A stretch of DNA of 64,000 bases from an uncultured Methanosarcinales archaeon (GCA_964587045.1 CAZPJY010000002.1:1-64000), one strand, 5' to 3'; shown: positions 28,405 to 38,055, counted from the stretch's first letter. Numbers and translations are program-made. Notes: generated by a model not told the origin, from the letters alone.

Positions 28405-29439
28405 ATGGAAGAAATTCAGCGCCCAGTTGACAGCTACTCTGGGACATCTCCGATACTCTGCGTCAACAAGGGGCATGGAATCCACCATGTGAGGGAAAGG
28501 GGCTATGTCGAAAGCCCGGTTAGGATCAGGGCGATTTTGGGACGGCTGATTCCGTCGGGAATTTTTACGATGATGAATCCGAAGCGCTATCCCGAAAGCT
28601 TCATCTTGTCAGTGCACGGTAAGGGCTACCTTTCATATTTCAAGAAAGTCTGTGAAAGGCTGCCTCCGGGAAAGTCGCTGTACCCGTACGTTTTCCCGAT
28701 CCGTAACACCGCGAAGCCTCCAAAGGAGCTTGAGGTTCGCGCCGGCTATTACTGCATTGACACTTTCACTCCGCTGAACAAGAACGCATACCTGGCGGCT
28801 CGAGGTGCGGTCGACTGTGCGCTCACCTGCGCTGACAGGATACTGGCTGGCTCGGCCCTTGCGTACGCGCTGGTGAGGCCTCCGGGGCATCATGCCGAGC
28901 ATTCTGCTTTCGGCGGCTTTTGCTACTTCAACAGCGTGGCGATCGCTGCGCAGCACCTGAGCGGACACGGCAGGGTCGCGATTCTCGACGTAGATTACCA
29001 TCACGGCAACGGCCAGCAGAACATCTTCTACGAGCGAAACGACGTTCTTACCGTAAGCATACACGGACACCCCCGCTTCGCTTATCCCTACTTCAGCGGC
29101 TTTGAAGAGGAGGGGGGTGAAGGCAATGGAATTGGTTTCAATGTGAACATGCCCCTCCCGGAGCATGTCGACGGGGAGGCTTACCGCAAAGCGTTGAGGA
29201 AAGCAGTCCGCAGGGTTTCTGAATATGCACCCGATTACCTCATCGTCGCGCTCGGACTGGACACGGCAAAGGACGACCCGACAGGCACGTGGAGCCTTGA
29301 AGCCCAAGATTTTGTTGAGAACGGGAAGCTGATAGCATCGCTGAAGCTCCCGACCCTTGTCGTGCAGGAGGGCGGCTACAAGAACGATGTGCTTGGCAGA
29401 AACGCGCTCGCTTTCTTCAAAGGACTGGCCGGACGATAG
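28405..29439 (+). CDS. Histone deacetylase family (acetylpolyamine amidohydrolase-like)
   Basis: ESP.RI, RPPGHH, GGFCYFN, DVDYHHGNG, GLD, QEGGY. Confidence 0.92.
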   Translation: MEEIQRPVDSYSGTSPILCVNKGHGIHHVRERGYVESPVRIRAILGRLIPSGIFTMMNPKRYPESFILSVHGKGYLSYFKKVCERLPPGKSLYPYVFPIRNTAKPPKELEVRAGYYCIDTFTPLNKNAYLAARGAVDCALTCADRILAGSALAYALVRPPGHHAEHSAFGGFCYFNSVAIAAQHLSGHGRVAILDVDYHHGNGQQNIFYERNDVLTVSIHGHPRFAYPYFSGFEEEGGEGNGIGFNVNMPLPEHVDGEAYRKALRKAVRRVSEYAPDYLIVALGLDTAKDDPTGTWSLEAQDFVENGKLIASLKLPTLVVQEGGYKNDVLGRNALAFFKGLAGR

Positions 29440-29475
29440 TCAAGTTATTATATTCGGTATGCTTTCCCTGAGAGT

Positions 29476-29874
29476 ATGAGAATCGCCATATGCAGCAGCA
29501 TGGCATTTGCCAAGGAGATGATCGCTGCAAGGGACGAACTGAAGGGGATGGGCCACGAAGTGGTCATCCAAGACGACGTAGAAGAGCACGCGTCCGGAGC
29601 CATCAAAGTGGAGGACAAGTGGAGGAAGCTGCAGATCGACCCGTTCAAGACCTATTATGAGGAGATCAAGAATTCTGACGCCATCTTGGTCATCAACATC
29701 ACCAAGAAGGGGGTGGAGAACTACATCGGAGGGAACACCCTCATCGAGATGGCGTTCGCCTACGTGCTGGACAAGAAGATATTCCTGCTCAATCCAGTTC
29801 CGGAGATGAGCTATGCTGACGAGATCGTGGCGATGAGGCCTGTGGTCTTGGAAGGAGACCTCTCAAAGATTTGA
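29476..29874 (+). CDS. N-deoxyribosyltransferase-like hypothetical protein
   Basis: IAICSSM.F, SDAILVIN, NYIGGNTLIEM.FA. Confidence 0.7.
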   Translation: MRIAICSSMAFAKEMIAARDELKGMGHEVVIQDDVEEHASGAIKVEDKWRKLQIDPFKTYYEEIKNSDAILVINITKKGVENYIGGNTLIEMAFAYVLDKKIFLLNPVPEMSYADEIVAMRPVVLEGDLSKI

Positions 29875-29883
29875 GGACATTTT

Positions 29884-30627
29884 CTAGGGTTCGGCGACTT
29901 TCCAAAGTACGTCGAAGTAAGATTTGAAAGTCGTGACCGTGTTCTTGTCTGTTATCATCGTGCAGCTTATCGGCTCTTGGTAATGGAGGATCAGAACGAT
30001 GTCGTCCCCGTAAATGTCGATTCCGACAGGCGTGTCCTTCTTCATGAACCTGACCGCTATGCCCTCCTCATTTTTCAGATCGTTGAATATCCTGCCCCTC
30101 TCGGAGAGTATGTACCTGCCTGTCACCCTCTTTTCCATGCGCATCTTCTCCCATCTTACCCAATAGCTTTGGCTCCAAGCGTTGATATCTGAGATTCCCA
30201 GGGAGAGGATCTCCTTTCCAGGCTCGGTCTTTTCGAGGGCCTCCTCAGCCGCTGTGACGATGCCCCGAAATCCCTTGTATGTGACTATCCTCTTTTCAGG
30301 AAGTTTTTCCTCCCTTATCTGGTCGAGGGCAGGGATCATCTCGTTGATCAGCGCCTCTTCTTCTCTTAGAGAATTCTTTTTCTGTTCGAGATACCCTATC
30401 AGCTGCTTGGGCGGCGCCGGTGTGAACAGCCGGGTGTTGTTCTCCACGGTCTCGCTCACGAGGCCCTTGTCCTTGAGCTTGTCGAGGATCTCGTATATCT
30501 TCCCTGAGTTCAGTCCTGAGGACTTTAGTATGGCTCCGGTCTTGGATGTGCCCAGCTTTAGCAGGGTCAGGTATGTTATGCTCTCGTTCCGGGTCAGGCC
30601 TATCCTTTCTAAAACTTCAGGGTTCAT
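29884..30627 (-). CDS. TrmB-family transcriptional regulator
   Basis: GLT.NE...Y.TLL, KIY.IL..L..KGLV, YKG..G, F..YF..LW. Confidence 0.88.
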   Translation of the reverse strand: MNPEVLERIGLTRNESITYLTLLKLGTSKTGAILKSSGLNSGKIYEILDKLKDKGLVSETVENNTRLFTPAPPKQLIGYLEQKKNSLREEEALINEMIPALDQIREEKLPEKRIVTYKGFRGIVTAAEEALEKTEPGKEILSLGISDINAWSQSYWVRWEKMRMEKRVTGRYILSERGRIFNDLKNEEGIAVRFMKKDTPVGIDIYGDDIVLILHYQEPISCTMITDKNTVTTFKSYFDVLWKVAEP

Positions 30628-30703
30628 TCCTCTACACTTAGTGGGGGGTATTATTTATATATTTGTCACTTCTACTAAGTAGTATCAATATTGAGGTGAT
30701 AAA

Positions 30704-30892
30704 ATGAAACTGAAAGAAAGGGCAAAGAAGACCGCATTAGGCTTCCTGGTAACATATTGCGTACTTGGGAGCATACACGGCTGCACAGAATACCTCATGG
30801 GCAGCACGACCGGGCATGGGAGTGCAGACCTCTATTTGGGCCTGAAACAACCGACCAAACTTGAAAAGCTGATAATGGAGGCGTTCAAATGA
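30704..30892 (+). CDS. Small hypothetical membrane protein
   Basis: SD GAGGTGA; 1 TM. Confidence 0.55.
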   Translation: MKLKERAKKTALGFLVTYCVLGSIHGCTEYLMGSTTGHGSADLYLGLKQPTKLEKLIMEAFK

Positions 30893-31173
30893 AATCAGAC
30901 AAATGGATTCAGATTGGGATGGGTGCCATGGCCGGAATGTACTACCGCGCCTTCTATGAGCCTTTGCCGTTTTTGCTCCCGGCAGAGCTCATGAGCGAGG
31001 CAGTTACGGCATATGCCGCAGGCGGCTTTATGTCCAAGTTCCTCCAGGGAGAGAAATTCCACTCCAAGAGCACTTTGAAGAACGCTCTCTGGTTCACAGC
31101 AGGCATGGCCATCTCAAACATAGACAGGATAGTGATGGCAGGAAACGCGCTTGGGCAGTACCTGATGAAGTAG
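30889..31173 (+). CDS. Small hydrophobic hypothetical protein
   Basis: SD GGAGG; ATGA overlap with the previous ORF. Confidence 0.55.
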   Translation: MKSDKWIQIGMGAMAGMYYRAFYEPLPFLLPAELMSEAVTAYAAGGFMSKFLQGEKFHSKSTLKNALWFTAGMAISNIDRIVMAGNALGQYLMK

Positions 31174-31175
31174 CA

Positions 31176-33125
31176 TCAGCGTCCCGGGTCGTACACGACT
31201 CCGGGCACTATGCTTACCTCATCCAGCCCTATGTCCCTTGAGATGATAACCGTAGGCTTTTTGTAGTCTCCCTTGTAGTCGCCGATCTTGACCATGGTCC
31301 TAGCGAGGGCCGTGTACATCTCGTCGACTGGGTTGTTCGATAACCTTTTGGTCTTCCTGAACGCCTTTTCCCTGTAATCATCCCAGGCCTGGTAGTCTAC
31401 GACGTATATCTCCTCGCCGTTGTGGGGGTTGACCTCGATGAGCCTGTTCTTGTAGCTGCCGAACTCGCTGTCCATGTGATGCCCCTCGATTGGGTAGTCC
31501 TCGGCCGCGCTGTTCGGTTTTGGCTTTCCAATCCCGCACCAGATGAATCCGTTGTACGCCTCCTTTGGGAATTCTCCCTCGGTTCCCCAGCTGCACAACC
31601 GCCACCCAGGGACTATCGCCGCCCTCTCATCGACCAATACCTTGCTCGGATCGCCTCCGGTGAGCACGACCTTTGCGGCCTTCTTTTCGCTGATCCAAGT
31701 ATAAAGGGGGCCTATCTCCTTTGGGTATGGGACGGCGTCCGGTTTGTTGGTCTCTTGCTCCTTTGCGACAGGTGTTGCGAGTATTTTCTCAAGCACGTTC
31801 TCCTCAAGCCAGCCGGCGATTCTCTTGCTCTCTTCTTCCCAGCTCTTGTCGGGCTTGGGGTCGGGGCGATCTATGCCCCAATGTTTCCTCTTCCTGTACA
31901 TCTGGTCCCTGTAGCTGTCGCCCTCGTACCCGCGGCCCATCGCATCCACCCTGCTGTTGGTGTAGTCATTGCCCTTCTCCTTGATGAATATACCTGAGTC
32001 GTCGTCGTAGAGGGTCAGTTCAAGCTGCAGAGGCTTAATTATGATTCTATAAGGCATCCCTGTTTCGTTGTACTTATCAAGATACGCCCTGCCTGACTTG
32101 CGGCAGTTGTATATCTGGAATTTGCTGGTCTCTATGTAGCGAATCATCGTGAACACGCCCTTGCCTGTCTCATCCATGCTCACCCTGACCTTCCCAAGCC
32201 CTTCGATCCCAATCTCTTCCTCTGCGCCCTCCTGCGTGAACCTGTAGGCGTCCAGCCTCCTGGGCAGGCGCTTCGATATCTCAGTGCTGATCCTGTCGCA
32301 CACCTCATCGACGTGCTCGAACCTCCTGCTTTCCCCGAGCCTGATGCCGCCCAGGGCTTCCTCGTGGATTATCACATGTTGAGGATAACGCTTAGAGAAG
32401 ATCTTTTCCAGGTCGCTTAAGGCAACCTGCGGCAGGGTTTTTCCTTGCTTCCACCTTATCTTGTCTCTCTTGTCCTGCTCTGCGGAGATGAGCATGTCAG
32501 ACAGGAAGCCTCCGACATCCAGGCTGTTGTTCCTCCTCGCCCTATGCTTCTCCTGCTCGAACTCGGAGTCAGAGAGTTCTGTGAGCGCTGATGAGTACAC
32601 ATGAGGGTCCGGGATTTCTCCTCTGCTGATCATGTCATATTTTATCTGGTGTTCCTCGAGGGCATTCTCCTTCTGAGCCTCCTGCTTGATTCCTTCAAGG
32701 AAGATCTCGAGAATCTTCATCTCCCCTGGGGAGCGGTTGGTGAAATAGAGCTTTTGCATGAGAGCGGCACCGCGCATGTGGTCGTCTCTGAACCTGATTC
32801 CTCCCAACTCCTTGGTCAGGTAGAACAGCTCCTTTACCCTGATTCCGGGGTTGAGGTCGACTGCCTTGAGCCCGTAAAGAATGGCTTCCTCCCCCTTCGA
32901 TGTTAAGGCGTATTCCAAGTAGATGTCAGCTAGGCCGCGGAGCATCCTACCTCCGGTCTCACTCAGTCCTTTTGGGAAAAACCCGGAACTGTAGGCGGCT
33001 AGCGCAAAGGCAGTGTTGTTGATTGTCCCTTTCTCCAACACCTTGATGTACCTGCCCAGGACATCCCTCACACTCTCGATTGGTACTGAGCCTTCCGGGT
33101 CCGTCTGATCTTCTAATGAAGACAT
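31176..33125 (-). CDS. Large hypothetical protein (649 aa)
   Basis: Long ORF, upstream TTTTATAT; no family recognised. Confidence 0.75.
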   Translation of the reverse strand: MSSLEDQTDPEGSVPIESVRDVLGRYIKVLEKGTINNTAFALAAYSSGFFPKGLSETGGRMLRGLADIYLEYALTSKGEEAILYGLKAVDLNPGIRVKELFYLTKELGGIRFRDDHMRGAALMQKLYFTNRSPGEMKILEIFLEGIKQEAQKENALEEHQIKYDMISRGEIPDPHVYSSALTELSDSEFEQEKHRARRNNSLDVGGFLSDMLISAEQDKRDKIRWKQGKTLPQVALSDLEKIFSKRYPQHVIIHEEALGGIRLGESRRFEHVDEVCDRISTEISKRLPRRLDAYRFTQEGAEEEIGIEGLGKVRVSMDETGKGVFTMIRYIETSKFQIYNCRKSGRAYLDKYNETGMPYRIIIKPLQLELTLYDDDSGIFIKEKGNDYTNSRVDAMGRGYEGDSYRDQMYRKRKHWGIDRPDPKPDKSWEEESKRIAGWLEENVLEKILATPVAKEQETNKPDAVPYPKEIGPLYTWISEKKAAKVVLTGGDPSKVLVDERAAIVPGWRLCSWGTEGEFPKEAYNGFIWCGIGKPKPNSAAEDYPIEGHHMDSEFGSYKNRLIEVNPHNGEEIYVVDYQAWDDYREKAFRKTKRLSNNPVDEMYTALARTMVKIGDYKGDYKKPTVIISRDIGLDEVSIVPGVVYDPGR

Positions 33126-33213
33126 GAGGTGGGTTCAAAAGTCCTTATATAAAAAAGTTAATGTTTGCTCCACAAAGATACAAGCGATGACGGCTCCTGT
33201 CAGCCAAAGTCTT

Positions 33214-34014
33214 TCAGGCTTTTATGTACTGCATCAACACCGAAGACGGGACCTGGGAGATTTCCGGCCAGTACACGTTGGTCTCATGCTCGTAGAACGG
33301 CGACCTATGCCACTTGATTGCTTCTTTGAGGTCATGGGGCAGAGGCTGCATCCCAATAATTTTTTGTAGGTAGAATCCCTTCTTTTCGATGTTGTCGAGA
33401 TAGGTTCCAAGTGAGCGGTGGAAGTGGGGAAGGTAGAAAGTCCTGTTTTCCTCGACGATAGGGTACATGCAAAACGTGGTGCCTTCCTCCCTGCCGATTA
33501 TCTCCTCGTGTTTCTTGAGCATGAGCTCGGTGAATTGGGGGTGCACCATCACATTGATGTATATTCCTCCTTTCTTCAAGGTGTCTGATGCGGCTCCGAC
33601 GACTTCAAGGTAGTCCGGCGTGTCGTGAAGGACGAAGAGGGTGGTTACGAGGTCAGCCTTTCCCCTGAGTTTGTGTTTTCTAATGAGATTGCGGGAATTG
33701 CCTGCTTCAAAGATTATTTTGTCATCATTGGCATTCCCTATCAAGGTCTCATTTATGTCGAACCCATATGTATCGGGTTGACCTAAATATGCGTGGAGGT
33801 ACTGCGTTTCGGAACCGTCGCCGCAGCCGATGTCCACATAAAGTTCCGGGCGATGGAAATTCAGGTGTCTTGCTGGCTCATTTATCAGAGCCTCTAATAA
33901 ATGCTCTCTGACAAGGAAGTCCCTGTAATTCTTATCCTGCTTCCTTCCAATCCAGTGCTTTTCCGCTTCTCTCCACAGACGATCAGCTTCTTTTTTCCAG
34001 AATCGTTTTTCCAT
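33214..34014 (-). CDS. Class I SAM-dependent methyltransferase
   Basis: VDIGCGDG, GFDIN, DLV...FVLH, LKKGG, VHP, HRSL. Confidence 0.88.
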   Translation of the reverse strand: MEKRFWKKEADRLWREAEKHWIGRKQDKNYRDFLVREHLLEALINEPARHLNFHRPELYVDIGCGDGSETQYLHAYLGQPDTYGFDINETLIGNANDDKIIFEAGNSRNLIRKHKLRGKADLVTTLFVLHDTPDYLEVVGAASDTLKKGGIYINVMVHPQFTELMLKKHEEIIGREEGTTFCMYPIVEENRTFYLPHFHRSLGTYLDNIEKKGFYLQKIIGMQPLPHDLKEAIKWHRSPFYEHETNVYWPEISQVPSSVLMQYIKA

Positions 34015-34028
34015 ACTTTACTGGTCAG

Positions 34029-34056
34029 TGATAAAAAAATATAAAATTTTTTATCA
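34029..34056. promoter_or_regulatory. Inverted repeat in an AT-rich divergent promoter (candidate Lrp operator)
   Basis: TGATAAAAAA-N8-TTTTTTATCA. Confidence 0.35.
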
Positions 34057-34109
34057 ATTTTTTTTGAATAATCGTAAATTTTATATAAAAAATATGATTT
34101 ATTATCAAA

Positions 34110-35009
34110 ATGGACAAGACTGATAGGAACATCCTCTCTGCGCTCTGCGAAGATGCGCGCATACCCCTTACGAGGCTTGCAAAGAAGGTCAGGCTCAAGC
34201 GCGAGACCTTGCACTATCGGATACAGCAGCTCGAAAAGGGGGTAATAAGGGGCTACACTGCGAGAGTAAACCTGGCTGCGACAACATGCACGTTATACCT
34301 AATCCTCCTCCGCTCAAGCAAAGCGTCTAAGAGGATTGCGGGAACGCATTGGATCGCCAAGATCAGCGGTGATTTCAACTATCTGATAACCTTCTCAGCA
34401 GACAATACACTCCAGTTGAAGTCCAGGTTGCGCAAAATTCTCGAGCATTATGAGCCCTCAGACCACATTATCATGACACTCATAGAGGAGTACAAGGACG
34501 ATTTCAGGTTCTATTTCTCTACGCCTGAACCGCCCTGCAGAGTAAACATCACGCCCACGGCATGGTCCCTTGACGTAAAGGACGAAAAACTTATTGCCGC
34601 ACTATCTACGAACGCCCGCAGGACAAACAGGAGCATAGCAAATGAGATGTCGATTTCCGAGGAGAATGTTAGGCATAGGATCAAACTGCTTGAAAAGAAC
34701 AAGGTGATATTGGGGTATCGTACCAAGCTTGACCCAAACAAGATGGGCTACACCAGCTTCAATGTTTTGATAAAACTCCACAAGCCCACTGAAAGCACCT
34801 TCGAGAGGATTAAGCTCTATCTCCAGGCACATCCGCGCGTAATCTACGCCTCAAGACTGATAGGATTTTATGACATCCTCATCGAGCTGTATACTGATGC
34901 GATGGCTGACTATGTGAGACTCATGTCAGACCTTCAGAGTGAGATACCTGAGGTCCAGAACCTGAGCCATAACCTGTTGCTGTCAGTTGAAGAGCATCAT
35001 TACGTTTGA
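34110..35009 (+). CDS. Tandem (double) Lrp/AsnC regulator
   Basis: Two HTH units: DKTDRNILSAL.EDAR and DVKDEKLIAALSTNAR. Confidence 0.87.
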   Translation: MDKTDRNILSALCEDARIPLTRLAKKVRLKRETLHYRIQQLEKGVIRGYTARVNLAATTCTLYLILLRSSKASKRIAGTHWIAKISGDFNYLITFSADNTLQLKSRLRKILEHYEPSDHIIMTLIEEYKDDFRFYFSTPEPPCRVNITPTAWSLDVKDEKLIAALSTNARRTNRSIANEMSISEENVRHRIKLLEKNKVILGYRTKLDPNKMGYTSFNVLIKLHKPTESTFERIKLYLQAHPRVIYASRLIGFYDILIELYTDAMADYVRLMSDLQSEIPEVQNLSHNLLLSVEEHHYV

Positions 35010-35109
35010 AGAAAAGCGCCGGGGATGATGGTAAGTTCAGCTCTCGAATATTTTTTCCGAGATAATCAAGGAAAATTTTATAAATATAAGAATATTATAA
35101 CATTATAAG

Positions 35110-35304
35110 ATGTCATTAACAACAATACCCCTACAAAAAGATACCAGAGACCGGTTGCGGAGAATCGCGAACAAATCAGAAAGCTGGGACGATGTGCTGA
35201 ACAGGCTATACAAACACGAGATAACCAGGATGAACGCCCAAGTCTTCTTCAGTGCTGACACGTTATCGCTGGATGAGGCATTGGAAGAGATTGAAAAATG
35301 GTAG
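35110..35304 (+). CDS. Putative antitoxin (RHH-like)
   Basis: TTI.L.K.TRDRL...ESWDDVLNRL; acidic tail; overlaps the next gene. Confidence 0.7.
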   Translation: MSLTTIPLQKDTRDRLRRIANKSESWDDVLNRLYKHEITRMNAQVFFSADTLSLDEALEEIEKW

Positions 35305-35627
35305 TTGAGTTCTCCAGAGCTTTCCTTAAGTTATTAAAAAAGCACATCACGAAGGCAGAAGCCAAGGTCCTGATGAAAAAGCTTGCCATGACGACTCCTT
35401 CGGACGGAGATTTTATCGCGATGGTTGCAAATATTGTGATTAGAGAGAAAAGGCAAAAGACATTCCGTTTTTATTTCGTTGTGGGTGAGAAAAGAAAGCA
35501 TGTGATAACAAAAGACGAATTAAGAGAATTCTTAATCAAGTTCGTGGCCTTGAGCAAGAAGAATAACCAGCAGGAGGTTATCGATAAGCTTAAGGAAGAT
35601 CTGAAAACATACGGTTTCGAGTTTTAA
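35298..35627 (+). CDS. Putative RelE/ParE-like toxin
   Basis: VEFSRAFLKLLKK, IRE.R..TFRFYF; basic protein downstream of the antitoxin. Confidence 0.62.
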   Translation: MVVEFSRAFLKLLKKHITKAEAKVLMKKLAMTTPSDGDFIAMVANIVIREKRQKTFRFYFVVGEKRKHVITKDELREFLIKFVALSKKNNQQEVIDKLKEDLKTYGFEF

Positions 35628-35669
35628 GGTGGAGAATTACTTTTCGGTGTGTCGTGACAGTTAACCACA

Positions 35670-35910
35670 TTATTTCACCAGGTGGATATCATAGATTGTC
35701 CTCTCAGCCACATTTTTCCCATTGAGCAGGTCCATTCCAATCTGGAGGGCAAGTTCACCCAGTTTTCTCGGGTGTGTGTCTACGGTCGTAAGCATTTTTC
35801 CTTTCTTGATATTTTCCAAGCCTTGTTTGGTTGCATCAAAGCCGCATACAATCGCTTTTTTGTGTAACTTCCCGAGTGCTTTGATTGCACCATTCGCCAT
35901 GTTATCGCTT
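35670..35910 (-). pseudogene. C-terminal fragment of an RbsB/LacI-type sugar-binding protein
   Basis: SDNMANGAIKAL...IVCGFDAT...IKKG.M.TTVD.HP..LG; in-frame stop just upstream. Confidence 0.7.
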
Positions 35911-36460
35911 GATTAATTGAATGGGGGAGGACCGCCATCTTTCTGTTATATCTGTGTGACATAGGTACCTCGTATTTTTTTGCGATATTTTTTGCTTCCT
36001 GGTAGACCGCGTTCATTCTTCGTTTAACTGATTGTCTTTCGTCTTGCCCCAACCACTGGAGGATGAGCAATCCGTCCAGAGCTGTGGCTACATCGCCTGT
36101 CCTTTTGCTTCTCTCGATCATTTTGTAGCCTTGCTCCATGTACCTGCCGACCCAGTAGGGATCTTTCGGAGCAAGTACTGGTTTTTTCTCCGTTCCCAAA
36201 CAAACAGTTCCGCCATTGAGCATGATTTTCTCCTCAGTATACCCGCATTTGATATCCATCATGGAATACTTTGGGGTTCTGTAGCTGAGGAGCTTGTCGA
36301 TGATGTTTGAAGTTTTCCCTTGTTCATGCTGAAGGCCTTTTTTTAACCTGTGTCTAGCTATCCTGTATATTTGACTTTTCACGCTGTTAGTCGTATAGTC
36401 AGCTGTTTCGTTGATAAAATCCTTGATTATTGTTCCGAGAGTGGTTTGTTGGTTTTCCAT
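35780..36460 (-). CDS. Hypothetical protein; 3' end reads out of frame into the RbsB remnant
   Basis: ATG 36460 downstream of a TATA; last ~43 codons overlap the RbsB fragment. Confidence 0.5.
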   Translation of the reverse strand: MENQQTTLGTIIKDFINETADYTTNSVKSQIYRIARHRLKKGLQHEQGKTSNIIDKLLSYRTPKYSMMDIKCGYTEEKIMLNGGTVCLGTEKKPVLAPKDPYWVGRYMEQGYKMIERSKRTGDVATALDGLLILQWLGQDERQSVKRRMNAVYQEAKNIAKKYEVPMSHRYNRKMAVLPHSINQAITWRMVQSKHSGSYTKKRLYAALMQPNKAWKISRKEKCLRP

Positions 36461-36497
36461 AGTGAATGGGATGGGAAACAAAACACTTAAATATTCC

Positions 36498-36515
36498 TCC
36501 TACCAATTGGTAGGA
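36498..36515. promoter_or_regulatory. Perfect 18-bp palindrome, candidate TrmB operator
   Basis: TCCTACCAATTGGTAGGA between TTAAATA and ATG 36519. Confidence 0.6.
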
Positions 36516-36518
36516 TAT

Positions 36519-37247
36519 ATGGATACTAAGATTTTCGAGGAATTAGGCCTCACAAAGACCGAAATAGAGGTCTATCTGGCCCTTTTAGAACTGGGATCTT
36601 CTAGCGTGGGAAGAATTATTGAAAAGTCGGCATTGCCCTCATCAACAATTCACAGGGATCTCAACAGCCTCATCGCACGAGGGCTTATCAACTACATCTT
36701 GGAAGGGAGGAGGAAAGTCTATCAAGCGACAAGACCTGAGCAATTCCTCGATTTTATTGATGATAAGAAAAGAAGGTTTAGGGAAATCCTGCCGGAGCTC
36801 AAACAGAAACAGGTGTTTGCTGAAAATAAGGAAAATGCCTCTGTATACAAAGGTATTCGGGGCATCAAAGAAGTTTATAGTATTATGATTAACACAGAAG
36901 GCAAAGAGTATAACACATTCGGTGGAGGGCCAATCACCGCAGAGATAATGGGATTTGCGTGGTGGATGAACTTGCACAAGCGAAGGGTCGAGAACAAGCT
37001 ACCGGCAAGACAAGTATTCGATGAGTCAGTTAGGTGGGGAGGAAAGGACATTAGTAAAAATCCACTCACACAGATAAGGTACCTTGATAAAAACTTCGCG
37101 CAATTCCAAGAGACAGTCATCGTTGGAAATAGAATAGCAATCACAGCGTTCTCTGAGACACCTTACGCATTCTTGATCGAAGACAAAGCAATCGCAGATA
37201 GTTATCGAAAACACTTTGAGCTACTCTGGAACCTTGCGAAAGAATAA
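36519..37247 (+). CDS. TrmB-family transcriptional regulator
   Basis: GLTKTEIEVYLALLELG, L..RGLI, YKG.RG, IADSYRKHFE.LW. Confidence 0.88.
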   Translation: MDTKIFEELGLTKTEIEVYLALLELGSSSVGRIIEKSALPSSTIHRDLNSLIARGLINYILEGRRKVYQATRPEQFLDFIDDKKRRFREILPELKQKQVFAENKENASVYKGIRGIKEVYSIMINTEGKEYNTFGGGPITAEIMGFAWWMNLHKRRVENKLPARQVFDESVRWGGKDISKNPLTQIRYLDKNFAQFQETVIVGNRIAITAFSETPYAFLIEDKAIADSYRKHFELLWNLAKE

Positions 37248-37279
37248 GTGCGCCCCTTTAGGGGTACAAAAAGGGTAAG

Positions 37280-37364
37280 CGCCGCGGGGGAGATTTGAAC
37301 TCCCGTGTCCCGGAGGACATCGGATTAGCAATCCGACGCAATGGCCAGGCTATGCGACCGCGGC
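37280..37364 (-). tRNA. tRNA-Ser(GCT)
   Basis: GCCGCGG/CCGCGGC, TCGGA-TTGCTAA-TCCGA, long variable arm, G73. Confidence 0.94.
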
Positions 37365-37392
37365 AACAAGTGGCAGAAGCGTGATTCAGTTT

Positions 37393-38055
37393 TTATACGT
37401 TTCGGTGGAGGGCCGCGTCGATCAGTCCAAGGAGCGTGTCAGAGTCGCTGCTGTGGTACATTATCTCGCCCTGCCCGTCCACAAGCCGCCAGTCCTTGCT
37501 CTCTATCCGGAGCTTGTTCCCCTTGTAGTGCGGGAAGTACTCCTCGTACAGCTGGTTGAGGTCTGCTAGGTAGGTGTCGCCGTCAGCCAGAAGGCCCCGT
37601 TCGCCCTCCCTCACGCGTCCTTCCCGGTTCAGGCGGTTGCGGATGCGCGCCTTGAGATCATCCACTTCGGTGAAAGGGTAGATTACCAGGTCGGGCTCTG
37701 GAATCTTGAGCTTCATCGCGTCGTACTGGTGGGTGATGGTCATCTTCTCAGCCCTTGACAAGAAGCCGTCCCTGTAGTTCTTCTCTGTGAAGATGTGGAT
37801 ATCTTCTGCCATCAGCCTGTCGGTCACAGCCGAGAGAGGAGAGATGGTCATGTGCCACCAGTTTCGGAACCTGCTTGACAGGAAGAATATCTGGGTGTTG
37901 TAAGCGTGCTCCTTTCGGTCGTTGTAGTAGAAGTTCAGGACGAGCTCGTTGACCTCCTCGGGGTAGAACTCGAAGTTCCAGCGCTTCTGGATCAGCTTGC
38001 AAAGCGTGGTCTTGCCTGCTGAGATGTTTCCCATCACGCCGATTATCCGTTTCAT
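37393..38055 (-). CDS. Deoxynucleoside kinase
   Basis: GNISAGKTT, FY.D..., Q.FFL..R, DR...ED, PDLVIY, RI..R.R..E. Confidence 0.9.
   Translation of the reverse strand: MKRIIGVMGNISAGKTTLCKLIQKRWNFEFYPEEVNELVLNFYYNDRKEHAYNTQIFFLSSRFRNWWHMTISPLSAVTDRLMAEDIHIFTEKNYRDGFLSRAEKMTITHQYDAMKLKIPEPDLVIYPFTEVDDLKARIRNRLNREGRVREGERGLLADGDTYLADLNQLYEEYFPHYKGNKLRIESKDWRLVDGQGEIMYHSSDSDTLLGLIDAALHRNV

Noticed and set aside
35014..37284. AAGCGCCG shared between 35014 and the tRNA-Ser 3' end as a possible att pair
   Set aside because: Only 8 bp, which is expected by chance.
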